Below are positions 48,416 to 61,900 of a stretch of 64,000 nucleotides of DNA, in pieces. The stretch spans positions 7,130,001 through 7,194,000 of the forward strand of contig CM069161.1 in the NCBI GenBank assembly GCA_035221665.1, given 5' to 3'. Under the pieces are notes generated by a model. That model saw only the letters and a program-made list of their open reading frames with translations, was not told the origin of the DNA and searched no databases. The position numbers and the translations under genes were made by a program. Origin of the DNA: Okamejei kenojei (taxonomy: Eukaryota). Each line of letters opens with the position of its first letter. Position 1 is the stretch's first letter.

Positions 48416-48959
48416 TTCCTGCCCATTTTGGACACGAAACAAACATCATTTAAACTTGACCTTGGGTAAGCTAAAGACCCGCTCCAAAGGCAGACGTTTC
48501 ATTCGATCAGGATCTTAAAGACTGATAAATGAATGCCGTGACACAAAATTTGACCTGGTCATCTGCAGATGCATTGGGAAAAAGCCAACGTGAAATACTC
48601 ACAAAGTATCTTATCAATATTCTTGACATTGTCTGATAAGTTTCCTTGTCGCATGCTCTCGATCTAATGAAATACTTGAAATAATTCAAATATTTGTGGG
48701 GAAATGTGCCTGACATCTAGCTGAACTTGGCACGTTTCTCCTTTCAATCCTCTTTCCATTTTCCATTCTGGTTATGGTACTAGATCACACCGGAACTGGA
48801 ACATCCTAATTGTGCCGGTAAAGCTGCAGCACTCCTCTCTCGTCCAATGCATATATTTAACTCTTGACACGAGATGTTATCTGTGAGCCTGATTTACAAA
48901 GGGACATCTGACCTCTGGGCAACCGAATGGAGGGCGATCATGGCTGATACAATGCCTGT

Positions 48960-49990
48960 TAGTTTCAGAGACACAAGAGTGGAAACTGGCCCTTTGGCCC
49001 GCCAAGTTCAGGCTGACCAACAATCACCCGTACACTGGTTCTATCCTGCGCACTAGGGACAATTTACAGGTCAATTAGCGTACAAACCTGCAGGTCTTTG
49101 GAATGTGGGAGAAAACCGGAGCACCCGGAGAAAACCAATGGGGTCACAGGGAGAATGTACAAACACCCTGCAGGCAGCACCCATTGTCGGGAATGATCCA
49201 GGGTGTCTGGCGCTGTAAGGCAGCAACTCTACCTCTGTGCCGCTGTGCCGACCATTATTTTCAAACCCAAAGTTTAGGCTATTCATCTTCCAATGCTGAT
49301 ACTGACAAAAAATGGAAAGCAATTGTCCCCAGTGTGTCGGATACTGCTAGTGTACAGGGATCGCTGGTCGGCGCGTAGACGGCGGTCCGAAGGGCCTGTT
49401 TCCACATTGTATCTCTAAACTAAACTTTGTCTCAAATGACTCTTGTCAATTTCTACAGATACACCGCAGAAACCATCCTTTCAGGATGCATCGCCGTATG
49501 GTTTGGCCACAGCTCCACACAAGACCGCAACAAATTGAAGAGAATTTGGGACGCAACCAAGCACATCACCCACACACCAGTCTCCTTACCCTCTCACCAC
49601 CACCCCATCAGCTCGATGGCAACCTTGGGAAAGCAACCAACATAATCAAGGACGACTCACTCTCTCTTCCCCCCTCTCCCGTCAGGCAGAAGATACAAAA
49701 GTTTGAAAGCACGTACGTACCAGCAGATTGAAGGACAGCTTCTTTCCCGCTGTTATCGGATTCTTGAACAGACCTCTCACAGATCAATCTATCTCGTTGT
49801 GGCCTTTGTACTTTTTTAAAATTGCACTTTCTCTGCTGCTGTAACACTATATTCTGCGCTCAGTGGCCTCGTTCTTTACACGACCTGTGCTACTCATGTA
49901 TATTTTGATTGTAATCATGTACGGAGGTTTTGTACCTGGATAGCTTGCTGAATAAAGTTTTCACTATATCTCATTCCAGGCTACAATAAA
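48960..49990. mobile_element. HE1 SINE (- 48960-49250), SINE tail (+ 49320-49425) and Rex1/Babar fragment (+ 49425-49990)
   Basis: LVNFYRYTAETILSGCIAVWFG...DRNKLKRI is the Rex1 post-RT region. Confidence 0.8.
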
Positions 49991-50717
49991 CCAATAAATA
50001 AAACTCCTTAAACCTTGAAGCTTTTTTTTTCCAACTTCCTTCCAACTCACAATCTCCACTTACCTTTGTACCGTCAGCGAACTTAGAAAAGTGATCAATG
50101 ATCCCTCAGCCAAAGATGTTGGCACAAATTAAGAATAGCTGTGGGATAAGCATCATAACTCTGCAGTTTTGCAGCCAGCCGACTTGAGAGACCCACATTC
50201 CTACTTTTCGTTTCCTGTCTATTGACCAATTCTTAAACCGTACCATTATATTATATACACCATCGTCTATATCTCTCATTTCCCTTTCCCCAGACTAGTC
50301 TCGGGTCTCGAAAAGTCACCCCTTCTTTCTCTCCAGATTTGCTGCCTGTCCTGCTGAGTTACTCCAGCATTTTGTGTCTATCTTCATTGTATTACTCCAA
50401 TGGTTTATGCTCTAACCTTGTTACAGTCATACAATCATGCAACACAAAAACAGGCCCTTTGGCCCAACTTGTCCGTGCTGACCAAGATGCCCAACTATGC
50501 TAGTCCCATTTGCCTGTGTTTATTCCATATTCACGTTGATCTACCTTCTGTGTGGGATCTTATCTGAAAACTTATCAGGCCACAGGTACAGAAGCCTGAA
50601 GTTCCACACTATCAAACTGAGGGACAACTACTTTGCTACAATTATCAGGATCATCATGAAATAACCAGCACAACCCTAATCCTATCTTGGCAACAGAACT
50701 CCTTTTGCTCTGTCTTG

Positions 50718-51710
50718 AATCATAGAATCATAGAGTCATAGAAAATAGGTGCAGCAGTAGGCCATTCGGCCCTTCGAGCCAGCACCGCCATTCAATATGA
50801 TCATGGCTGATCATCCAACTCAGTATCCTGTACCTGCCTTCTCTCCATACCCCCTGATTCCTTTAGCCACAAGGGCCACATCTTACTCCATCTTAAATAT
50901 AGCGAATGAACTGGCCTCAACTACCTTCTGTGGCAGAGAATTCCACAGACTCACCACTCTCTGTGTGAAAAATGATCTTCTCATCTCGGTCCTAAAAGAC
51001 TTCCCCCTTATCCTTAAACTGTGACCCCTTGTTCTGGACTTCCCCAACATCGGGAACAATCTTCCTGCATCTAGCCTGCCCAACCCCTTAAGAATTTTGT
51101 AAGTCTCTATAAGATCCCCCCTCCTAAATTCCAGCGAGTACAAGCCGAGTCTATCCAGTCTTTCTTCATATGGAAGTCGTGCCATCCCAGGAATCAGTCT
51201 GGTGAACGTTCTCTGTACTCCCTCTATGGCAAGAATGTCTTTCCTCAGATTAGGAGACCAAAACTGTACGCAATACTCCAGGTGTGGCCTCAACAAGACC
51301 CTGTACAACTGCAGTAGAACCTCCCTGCTCTTGTACTCAAATCCTTTTGCTATGAGTGCCAACATACCATTCGCTTTCTTCACTGCCTGCTCCACCTGCA
51401 TGCCTACTTTCAATGACTGGTGTATCATGACACCCAGGCCTCATTGCATCTCCCCTTTTCCGAATCGGCCACCGTTCAGATAATAGTCTACCCTCCTGTT
51501 TTTGCCGCCAAAGTGGATAACCTCACATTTATCCACATTATACTGCATCTGCCATGCATTTGCCCATTCACTCAACCTATCCAAGTCACCTTGCAGCCTC
51601 CTAGCACCCTCCTCACAGCTAACACTGCCCCCCAGGTTCGTGTCATCCCTAAACTTGGAGATGTTGCATTCAATTCCCTCATCCAGATCATTAATATATA
51701 TTGTAAATAG
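50718..51710 (-). mobile_element. CR1 LINE, ~1 kb 5'-truncated copy (RT end through 3'UTR)
   Basis: 181-aa ORF at 50883-51428 plus upstream RT sequence; mispairs and a premature stop. Confidence 0.92.
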
Positions 51711-51817
51711 CTTTTTCCTTGAACATTTTTCTAATTGTCTTTTTTGTTTAAAGTCTTTTTGAAAATTTGAATAATTTGTGTATAATTAAGCTCAGAATTA
51801 AAAGATGTTCCTGTAGA

Positions 51818-52070
51818 AAGAAGATGAGGGAGAATTTATTTCGTCAGAGGGTGGTGAATCTGTGGAACTCTTTGCCACAGAAGGCTGTGGAGGCCAAGTC
51901 AGTGGATATTTCCAAGGCAGAGATAGATAGATTCTTGATTAGTACGGGTGTCAGAGGTTATGGGGGGAAGGCAGGAGAATGGGGTTAGGAGAGATAATTT
52001 AGCCATGACTGAATGGTGGAGTAGACATGATAGGCCAAATGGTCTAATTCTACTCCTATCGCTTATGACC
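51818..52070 (+). mobile_element. CR1 3' fragment
   Basis: RQRVVNLWNSLPQKAVEAKS. Confidence 0.85.
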
Positions 52071-52448
52071 TTATAATTTATGTTTTAGCGTCCTGTCTGT
52101 ATCTTTGAGCCTGTTATGCTGCTGTAAGCAAGATTTTAATTGTACCTGCACCACAGAGTACATATACTTATGATAATAAAGTTGACAACTTTAAAAAAAG
52201 TCTATTTGCACATATTTGCTATTTCCTCCTAATCTACACGTCACCTCCTCAATTAATCTCCAGTAGATTCGACAAACAGGACCAAACACAGAAATACTGG
52301 TAACACAGATCTTTGTCTTTGATCTGAATCACTAACTCACACAGATGCAGCCTGACCACCGAGTATTTCCAGCATTTCTATTTTATTTTAGATACCCACT
52401 AGTTGATTAGCGATTAAACAAACATAATTTCTCTTTCATAAATCCTTA

Positions 52449-52590
52449 AGGGCCTGTCCCACTTAAGCGATTTTTTCGACGATTTTTCCTGATTGCCGCT
52501 GGATTTTCAACATGTTGAAAATTTTCGGCCACCTGCTGCGACTATGACGGGTGCCGGCAGTCACCGAAAAAAATTGCGTGCGTGGAACAG
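52449..52590. mobile_element. Partial Harbinger-type MITE
   Basis: TTA+agggcctgtcccactt left end; interior shared with the adjacent copy; right end degenerate. Confidence 0.65.
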
Positions 52591-52682
52591 TGTTTGTCCC
52601 CAATCCTGTTATTCTTTTCTAGGTGTTCTGTTACTACATTTATCGTTACACATTCCTAGCATATTCTCTGACACTGATGTTA

Positions 52683-53003
52683 TGGGCCTGTCCCACTTAC
52701 CCGACTTTTTCAGAGACTGCCGGCAGGTCGCCGAAAATTTTCAACATGTTGAAAATCCAGCGGCGACCAGAAAGACGCTACGATTCTTTGGGTGACGGAG
52801 GAGACTACTCACGACCATACGGGTGACACTCTGGCGACATGTCACGGGGTGAAGCCTGTATGGCCGTGAGTAGTCGCCCAAGAGTCGTACTTTGTCCTGG
52901 TCGCCGCTGGATTTTCAACATGTTGAAATTTTTCGGCAACCTGCAACGATCTATGACGGGTGCTGGCAGTCATCGAGCAAGTCGCGTAAGTGGGACAGGC
53001 CCA
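52683..53003. mobile_element. PIF/Harbinger-type MITE
   Basis: TIRs tgggcctgtcccacttac and gtaagtgggacaggccca; TTA at 52680-52682 and 53004-53006; internal palindromes ttttcaacatgttgaaa. Confidence 0.88.
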
Positions 53004-55154
53004 TTAGACTAACATGTGGAACAGGTCTGGAAAGATAAAGAGCTGGATGATGGGAAATCCATTGCAAAGGGCCAACACTAAATCAGCAGGCAAATGATGG
53101 GACCAATGGTATATCCCTGGTTAGACACAAAATGCTGGAGGAACTCAGTGGGATAGGCAGCAACTCTAGAGAAAAGAAGGATCTTGACCCAAAATGTTTA
53201 AATCACCATCTGCAGTTCCTTCCTATACAGTGGTTTAGCCCGGCCTGACGGATGGTAAATCCCTCTGCCTCTGCCTAGGGAGGTGCGCTGTTGTCTTTGC
53301 GTACTTTCCAGATTATCAATATGAGAGGAACTGCAGTTGCTGGAATCTTGAGGAAAACGCAAAAGGCTGGAGGAACTCAGCGGGTCACGCAGCATCTGTG
53401 GAGGGAATGGACAGATGTCCTTTCGGATTAGGACACTTCCTCAGACTGGTGGAGTGGGGGGGGAGGGGTGTTAACAAAGCTGGAAAAGAGAGATGCGTTG
53501 GGGAAAAGCTATGAAAGTGATCCATCTAACATTTTTCCAGATTTCTCCCAACAATTCCAAGTGTCCTAACCAGAAATATCAATTTCCTCCACAGTGCTGC
53601 TTGACCCATTGAGGTCCTCCAGTTGTTTGGTGTTTTTTTCCAGATTATAGATAGTAAGCATCAGATAGTGGCCCATGTCATTACTGTGTAGAGACAACGA
53701 TGGCATCATTTATGGAACCTTGTACAGTAAGATTCATCTTACATATCACAACATCCAAAGTCAGAATTGAACCTGGTTCGTTAGAGCTATGAGGCAATAG
53801 CACTAATTGCTGCACCTTTATGCTGGTACAAATGAGACAATCTACCAAGAAGATATCATATCTCAAATTACCTCTCATGAAAAACTGATTGCACTTTTGC
53901 TGCTCCACCCGGCCCTAATATAACAAGTTCAAGTTCCAGTTACATTTATTGTCACATGCTTACATCATGCTTACAACCCTACAGCATACGTGCAGAATGT
54001 ACCATGACATCCCTGAAGCACGTCCTTAAGATGCTACATGGAACTGGAAGCTCTGCCTTACTAAAATACTCCAAGGCAGGTTGGATCATCGTAAATACAC
54101 TCTAGCAGCTGAGTGCACCTTGGTAACTTGCCCTGCTAATTGCTACATTACCATCAAACTAGAATATAACTCTAAATCATTCACTCACCAGCTGCTAGTA
54201 AATCATGTGTAGGACACAAGGTGCTGGAGTACCCGGTCAGGCAGCATCGGAGTTGTTTCGGGTCGGGACCCTTCGCCAATCTGGAACATCGCCTAACCAT
54301 GTCCTCCAGAGATGCTGCCTGACCTGTTGTTCTTCCTGCACTTTGTGTTTTATGCAGGATTCCATCATCCGTAGGTTCCTTGTGTCTCCATGTTAGTAAA
54401 AACCCTGGTGCTGTTTCCCTGAGCCCTCTACAGTTACGGAGACGCAGTTTGCTGCACTCACTCTAAAATTACCGGTTCACTGGAAAGTTTTTGATATTGC
54501 TAGCTACCATGCAAAAAAAAACTTTAAACGTGTGTGGGGTATTAAAAGAGTAACTTCCAATAGTCCAGATACCCCACTTGTCTAGCACCATAGACCAGGG
54601 AGTGCCAGATTATTGGACTTTTACAGATCTCCTCCCCTGACTCACGCTGGCATGAAGAACTCTCGGCACCGGGGCCAGTCCACTGCCTGACGTTATTTCA
54701 GTGGATGGTTAGAGATGATAAGAGAGAGGTCCAAAACAAAACTTCAAAAACCCAACTTCCGTTCCAAGTCATAAAATCTTCTGACTTGGCAAAATATCAT
54801 CATTCTTTGATTTCTGGCAAGTCAGTAGTCTCTGCAGCAAAGCAACTGACCAAAAAAGGATCCTGCTCCAGCTTCTCTCACCATTGAGACTGAGGAAGAC
54901 ATAAACATGAGGCACATGGGAAGTACAGGTTCATCTCCAGGTCAGACATCATCGCTACTCCGAGATCATCACTAGATCTAAATTTTGGACCATCAGCACC
55001 ATGGAGTCAAACAGCACAGAACCATGTCCTTTGGCCCAATGTGTTCATGCCAACCAAGATGCTCCATCTACGATAGCCCCACCTCCCATAAAACCTGTCC
55101 TATCCACGCACCTGTCCCTATATCTTTTAGCAGAACTACGTAGCAGAACTAACT

Positions 55155-55415
55155 ATGGTGGCACGATGGCGCAGCGGTAGAGTGGCTGCCTTGCAGCGCC
55201 GGAGACCCAGGTTCGATCCTGACCACGGGCGCTGTCTGTACAGAGTTTGCACGTTCTCCCCGTGACCTGCGTGGGTTTTCTCTGATATCTTCAGTTTCCT
55301 CCCACACTCCGAAGATGTACAGGTTTGTAGGTCAATTGGCTTGGAGTAAATATAAATTGTCCCCAGTGTGTGTGGGATACTGTTAATGTGCGGGGACCTG
55401 GTCTAAACTAAACTA
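55155..55415 (+). mobile_element. HE1-type SINE
   Basis: Consensus match. Confidence 0.88.
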
Positions 55416-56179
55416 AGACTCACGTAGCCCCACTGGCCAACAAACTAATATTGAGAGCTCTGGAGAGTATGTTAGAGCCCAATTTCATATCTTCTGCCTA
55501 GAAGATAGAATGGCTACCACCAAGGTGATACAGCTTCCATGCAGATCCAAGTCTCCCACTGGATGACATCGTAATATTTGGGGAGCCAAAATCTGATCTC
55601 CAGCCATGGAGTGGGTGTAGTGCGATGTTAACCCTTCAGTTTCTGACTCGGAGACAGGAGTGCAATTATCAGCCATGATCATGTTGAATGGTGGTACCGG
55701 CTGAAAGAGCCGAATGGCCTACTCCTGCACCGATTGTCTATTGTCTGTACTCGGGCAAAGCCACTCTCCCCTGGACAACATCCCTTTAAGTTAATCAGGG
55801 TTCATGAAGAACATGGTGAAGACTCTTCCAGCAATCAGTTGATTTTATTTTTAGCCTTTTATTGCAGGATGGCTGACTGCCTGGAAATATTTGGCCCCTG
55901 GAAGAAACAATTACAAGGGGAGATCGAAATAGACATAACTACTCAACCCCTGTGACGCCCTGGCAAATTTCCTGAGTAACAGTGCTTTGCAGATATCAAA
56001 GGAATATGTATCTCAACGCAAAGGAGAGGGCAATATGTTAATGGTGAAAGACAAGAATTAAATCGGTTAACACACCTTAAATCAATAGATGTATGGAATT
56101 ATTCATTTTCAAAATACTAAACTCTGACTGATGTTGTTCAGGTGTGACATGGATGCATGCTAGCCTCTCTCCTCCTGTT

Positions 56180-57825
56180 AAGGCAGTGTAGGGTGTTGCT
56201 GAGAAGGTTGTGTGTAGTTTGGGTCGCCATACAATTTGAAAGAGGTGGGGAAGAAACGATTCACAAGGATGTTGGTGTGACTTGCGTTATGAGGAGAGAC
56301 AGGGTAGGCTGGAGATAGTCACAAGATGCTGGCGTAACTCAGCAGGAGGGGCAGCATCTCTGGAGAGAAGGGAAGGCTGATGTTCCGGGACCCGTCGCCT
56401 ATCCCTTCTCTCCAGAGATGCTGCCTGTCCCGCTGAGTTACTCCAGCATTTTGTGTCTATCTTCGGTTTAAACCAGTATCTGCAGTTCCTTCCTGCACAG
56501 GATAGGCTGGAAATGCTTTCCCTGGAGTGCAAGAGGCTCAGGGGTGAACTGAGAGGTTGAAAAGAAATTGAGGACACAGATGCTTGTATCCTGTTTATCA
56601 ACATTCCTCAGGTCCTTGTCATTTATCTCTATATGACTTCCAAAGTGCATCATTTCAGACGTATCTTCCACAGCTCCACCCAAATTTCTGGCTGATTGAT
56701 GTCCCACTGTATCTCTAAACAGCTTTTAAAACAACCTTTTAACAACCTTCTTAATTTTCGATGACTCCGTCAAATTTTGTGTCATCTGCATACTTACTCA
56801 TTCATCCAAGTCACATAGGCCCTGATGTCAATCTAATCTTATTTGTCTCAGTGCTGAACAATAGAAAAACTGACGGTCAGTGACAGATCTACCAGTGCCA
56901 TGGCAGCATTGGTTGGAACCACAAGCCCACTGACCAAGACGCAACCACCTATGATCTTCAGCTGCGCACATACATGACAAAAGTTACAAGACTACGAAGG
57001 AAAAATACATTCCACCTCCATTCTGTTGACAATCTGTTCAAGGCAAAATTATTGACACAGTTCACTCGTACGATAGGATTTCCTCCATTGCGGAAAAAAA
57101 AAGACACAAAACACTGGAGTAACTCAGTAGATCATGCAGCATCACTGAAGAACATGGATTGGGGATGTTTTGGATCAGAGGGATCCAGACCATTCAGTCT
57201 AAAGAAGGGTTCCAATCCGAAACGTCACCCATCCACTTTCTCCAGAGATGCTGCCTGATCTGCTGTTACTCCAGCACTCGTCTGACAGTCCTCCTGATTA
57301 GATTTTATCTTTGTTTGCCTCATTGTCACCTTCCCCTCGCTAACAGTGATCGATTCTATATTTTCCTTGAGCTTCGTCCCCTGTGATCTCTCATTTTCAC
57401 ACCTTACCCTTCCACATCTCTGTGCCTCCCTCTCTCCTGAGCCTGAAGAAGGGTCTCGATCCGAAACGTCACCCATTCCTTCTATCCAGGGATGACAATA
57501 GACAAAAGACAATAGGTGCGGGAGTAGGTCATTCGGCCATTCGAGCCAGCACCGCCATTCAATGTGATCATGGCTGATCATCCCCAATCAGTACCCCGTT
57601 CCTGCCTTCTCCCAATATCCCCTGACTCCACTATTTTTAAGAGCCCTATCTAGCTCTCTCTTGAAAGTATTCAGAGACCCGGATACTTCACCACCCTCTG
57701 AGGCAGAGAATTCCACAAACTCACAATTCTCTGTGTGTGATGCTGCCTGTCCCGCTGAGTATCTCCAGCATGTTGTGTCTACCTTCGGTGTAAACTAGCA
57801 TCTGCAGTTCCCTCCTACACAAACA
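56180..57825. mobile_element. Decayed CR1 pieces interleaved with Penelope repeats (56320-56500, 57100-57495, 57740-57825) and a CR1 tail (- 57495-57735)
   Basis: Family consensus; the CR1 tail interrupts a Penelope repeat at gatg. Confidence 0.7.
57440..57474 (+). ncRNA. Minimal hammerhead ribozyme motif with intact core
   Basis: CUGAAGA 57443-57449, stem II GGGUC/GAUCC, GAAAC-GUC 57463-57470; stem I is weak. Confidence 0.5.
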
Positions 57826-58329
57826 CCATCATAACCACGATCAATTCCAAAACCCCCACAAGGGTGACTTTGAATACGTTTCTGCAACGTTAGTACTGTT
57901 ACATTCTGGAGAGAAGAGGGGAAATGCTGTTGGAAAAATGACTGAAGAATGGTAGATTTAATATAATATGTTACCTCACACTACTAAGTCCCAGCATTCT
58001 GCTGACAAGCATAAGCCAGACTGGCTTCATCCTTGTGGTCTACTCTTGTTCAGTAAACACAATAAATCACAGAAATTGTAGCTTAGCAATATAAAAACAG
58101 TGCTAGAACCCTTGGTTCTGATTCAAAGTCCTTCTTACAATTAAAATCAGCACCCCGTATATTACATTTGCCCAACATTGCTCAACAGATACATTTCTTT
58201 AGGCAGAAGAGGGTGAAAATGTGGAATTCATTGCCACGGTCGGCTGCGCAGGCCAAGTCAATGGATATTTGCATTATAGATTACGAACTCATGAACTTAT
58301 TTAGTTCATGCTGAATAACCACGGTGTAT

Positions 58330-59835
58330 GTGAACGCAAGTAGGAGCAGGAGGAGGACCTGAGGTCCCACCATGTAATTAGATAAGATGGTGACTGATGT
58401 AACCTCACCTGCAGTAACTTTACATCCCCCATCCTTGTCAAGAATCTATCAACCTTGCTTTAGAAATATTCATCGATCTTTGAAGAAATACTTTGAAAGA
58501 CCTCAGAGAATAAAGTTAATTTCAGTCCTACCTTAAATCGAGAGCTGCTGACATTAAAACAGTGAACTTCGCTTCTAGATTATTCCACAAAAGAAAACAT
58601 TCCCTCCGCATTTCACCCTGGCCAAACCCCTCAGGATCTTATGTTTTAATCGACTCTGCACTCTTGTGAATTCCAGCAGGTATAAGCCTAGACTGTTGAA
58701 CCTTTTCTCATAATGGAATCCACCTGTATCAGGCACTAGTCTAGTAAATCACCTCTGAACTGCTTCCAATGTGCTGATATCATCACTTTAAGGAGACCTC
58801 TTCTAGCCTTCAAGCTGAGGTCTCACGAAACTATCCCTACCTATCCCCGAAAACACATCCCCCCTACTTACCGTAGTGATGTACAATAACGGTAGACTGC
58901 AGGGTCAGGAAGAGAGCGAGTAAGATCATCTCTGACCCCTCTCACCCTGGCCACAAACTCGTTTGAATCATTTCCCTCCAGGCGACTCCAGACTGTCAAA
59001 GCTGCCACAGACAGACATAAAAATTGTTTATTTCCACGAGTAGTTGCTCTACTCAATAACCAAAAATCTGTTGGCTCCTTTTGCTCTGTTTTTTTTAAAA
59101 TTTAATTCACATGTTTAATTGATAATGTTTTATTATTAATGTTTAATGTATTATGTGTTATTCCTAACTGTCACTGTATGTCATGTTGTTACTTGCGGGC
59201 GCACCAAGGCAAATTCCTTGTATGTGAATACTTGGCCAATAAACTTATTCATTCTCATTCATTCTCATTCTCATAACATACCTTTACAATTACTTTCCCT
59301 AATTCCTGGTTTACTTGCATACTAGCCATTTGGAAATAATTTTCCGTGCATTTTGGAGCTCTGCAAACGCTTACTGCTTAGATAACATGCTTCTTTGTAT
59401 TATATCTACAGCAAACATTTTCATGTTTTCCCATATTATACTCCATTTCCCAGATCTTTGCCCATTCACATAACTAATTAACTTCACAACTCATAAGAGG
59501 AATAGATCGGTTGATGCACAAAGTCTCTTACCCAGAGTAGGTGAATCGAGGACCAGAGGACATAGGTTTAAGGTGAAGGGGAAAGGATTTAATAGGAATC
59601 TGAGTGGTAACTTTTTCACGCAAAGGGTATGGGTGTATGGAACAAACTGCCAGAGGAGGTTGCTGAGGCTGGGACTATCCCAATGTTTAAGAAATAGTGA
59701 GACAGGTACATGGATAGGACAGGTTTGGAGAGATATGGACCAAATGCGGGCAGGTGGGACTAGTGTGGCTGGGACATGTTGGCCAGTGTGGGCAAGTTGG
59801 GCCAAAGGGCCTGTTTTCACGCTGTATCACTCCAT
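58330..59835. mobile_element. Old CR1 (- 58330-58830), Rex1 3' fragment (+ 58870-59272) and CR1 3' fragment (+ 59491-59835)
   Basis: IISDPSHPGHKLV-type Rex1 remnant with a (catt)n-like tail; KGKGFNRNLSGNFFTQRV. Confidence 0.78.
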
Positions 59836-60719
59836 GAGATAATTGTGACATAATATTAAAGAGTTTGGTGTCATGACCAGCAATTCGCAGATTATCTGTT
59901 TTGATGATATTGTTTGGAAAAAAACTAATGATCAGGACATTGCTGGCAACACTCTTGCACTTAAAAAAAGCTTCCTTGGTCATTGGTGCTTTGACTTAAC
60001 ATCTCATGAATATATCACAGCCTTGACATAGCAGCATTCCTCTGCTATACATACTTTTCTCTAGAGTGTGGTTTGAACCAATACACTCCAAATCTTCCAC
60101 AGACAACATACGTCTTAAAAACGCTATATTCTATTCATTACGCACATCAGATAACATTCTATTAAAACAGCTCCGTCCTTCTCATGGCAATTCAAGTGTA
60201 CATCATTACAGGAATAACAAAGAACAAATGCACAAAACAAGCCCTTGTTCGTAAAACAATGAGAATATTGTCTTATTACCTCACCTTATCAAATGTCGAC
60301 CTGTTGCAGCAATTAATCTGTTTGATATCACTTGCCAAATCCACAAACAGATTATCAAAGCCTCTACTCCATTACTTTCAGCTCATACCTGTAACATAAA
60401 GAGAGATCAATATCTCTCTGTATCAGTGACCTCTTCTCAATTAAGTTATTCTACTGGTCTTATCCTTCCTTCCAAACTATTTGGCTCTGACACTCAATGA
60501 TAATGCGTTGGAATTCTCAGATCAATTTTACAGCTTGGTGCAATCTTAGCTGATGTTAGGATTACCTCAATGTTATTTGATTAAGGAAAGAAAGAGTCAG
60601 AAGAAACGTCAGATTCAGTTGTCTTGACAGTTGAATTTCAACATCAATTCAATAGGAAACAGTAGCGTTCCAAAGCACACAAAGGTTTCTGTGATGTACA
60701 TTCGTGATTTTGGCATAGA

Positions 60720-61900
60720 GGGCATGGAAAGGATTTCCGGAGATGATGCAAATCCGTGCGATGAAGAGAAAAGCTTTAGACGGCTGGATGCAGATCATGG
60801 CCATTTTTTAGGAAAAAAGTGGAAAGTGGATTCCAATCCAGAGAAGGTTGAAGTAATAAATTTGATATGTGACAAGGATGAGCAATATCCAATTCATGGG
60901 AAGATATCGATAGGTGTGGAGCAACATTGAGACCTTGGGATGCATTGGGACTTGTGGTCTACAAATGAAATTCCACTGCATTATTTTCCTTGGATCGGGA
61001 AAGCAATCATCAGATCTTTGGAGAGGTGATGAGCGAAGAGATTATATGAGGGTTGAATTAACATCTTTTCTGTTAATGTCAGCAATGGCTAGCCATTCAA
61101 AAGGGGAGAAGCTATCAGACTAACTGGGACAGACTTTTTCTATCCTGATTTTAATACAAAAAGATTGAACAGGCTGGTGATACTTTCCTTGGTGCGGAGG
61201 TGAATAAGAGGACATTTAAGTGGACATTTAAGTATGCAATTTAGAAAGTTACTTCCCTGAGCAGAGGCATCCTAAATCAGGCAACACACATCTAAAGTAA
61301 TTGGCAGAAGGATTAGAGCTTTGGAAAATTTGTTTTAACCAGAGGGCGGTAAAATGCCTTGAAAAAAGGTGGTCTAGGGGCGAAGCCTTCATCACATTTT
61401 ATAAGTGCTTACAAGTATATTTAAAGAGGCATGACCTGCAGAGATAGGGACTTGGAAAGTTGCAACTGTTTCCCAGATTTAATGGTTGCACAGACATCTA
61501 ACAATAGAGGTGCTGCCTTACAGCTCCATGGACCAGAGTTTGATCCTGACTATGGGTGCAGTCTGCATGGAGTTAGTATATTCTCCACAGAATGCTGTGG
61601 AGGACAAGTCAATGGATATTAATATGGCACAGATAGATAGATTCTTGGTTAGTATGGGTGTCAGGGGTTGTCGGGAATGGGGCTAGAAGAGAGAGATAGA
61701 TCAGCCATAATTGATTGATTGGGTCAAATGGCTTAATTCTGCCAATATTACGTATTCTCCCTATGACCGCGTATATTTTCTCCGGGTGCTCTGGTTTCCT
61801 TCCACACTCCAAAGATGTATTGGTTTGTGGGTTAATTGGCTTTAGTAAAATTGTAAACTGTCCCTAATGTGTAGGATAGTGTTTGTGTAAGGGGTGAGCG
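60720..61900 (+). mobile_element. Highly decayed CR1 ORF2 (60720-61450) and a SINE interrupted by a CR1 tail (61505-61900)
   Basis: KKWKVDSNPEKVEVI resembles the CR1 W-x-M-x-F-N-x-x-K-C-E-V motif; the SINE halves are joined at a duplicated attctcc. Confidence 0.6.

Noticed and set aside
50883-51428. 181-aa ORF as a host gene
   Set aside because: It is a truncated CR1 ORF2 C-terminus, repeated many times in the window
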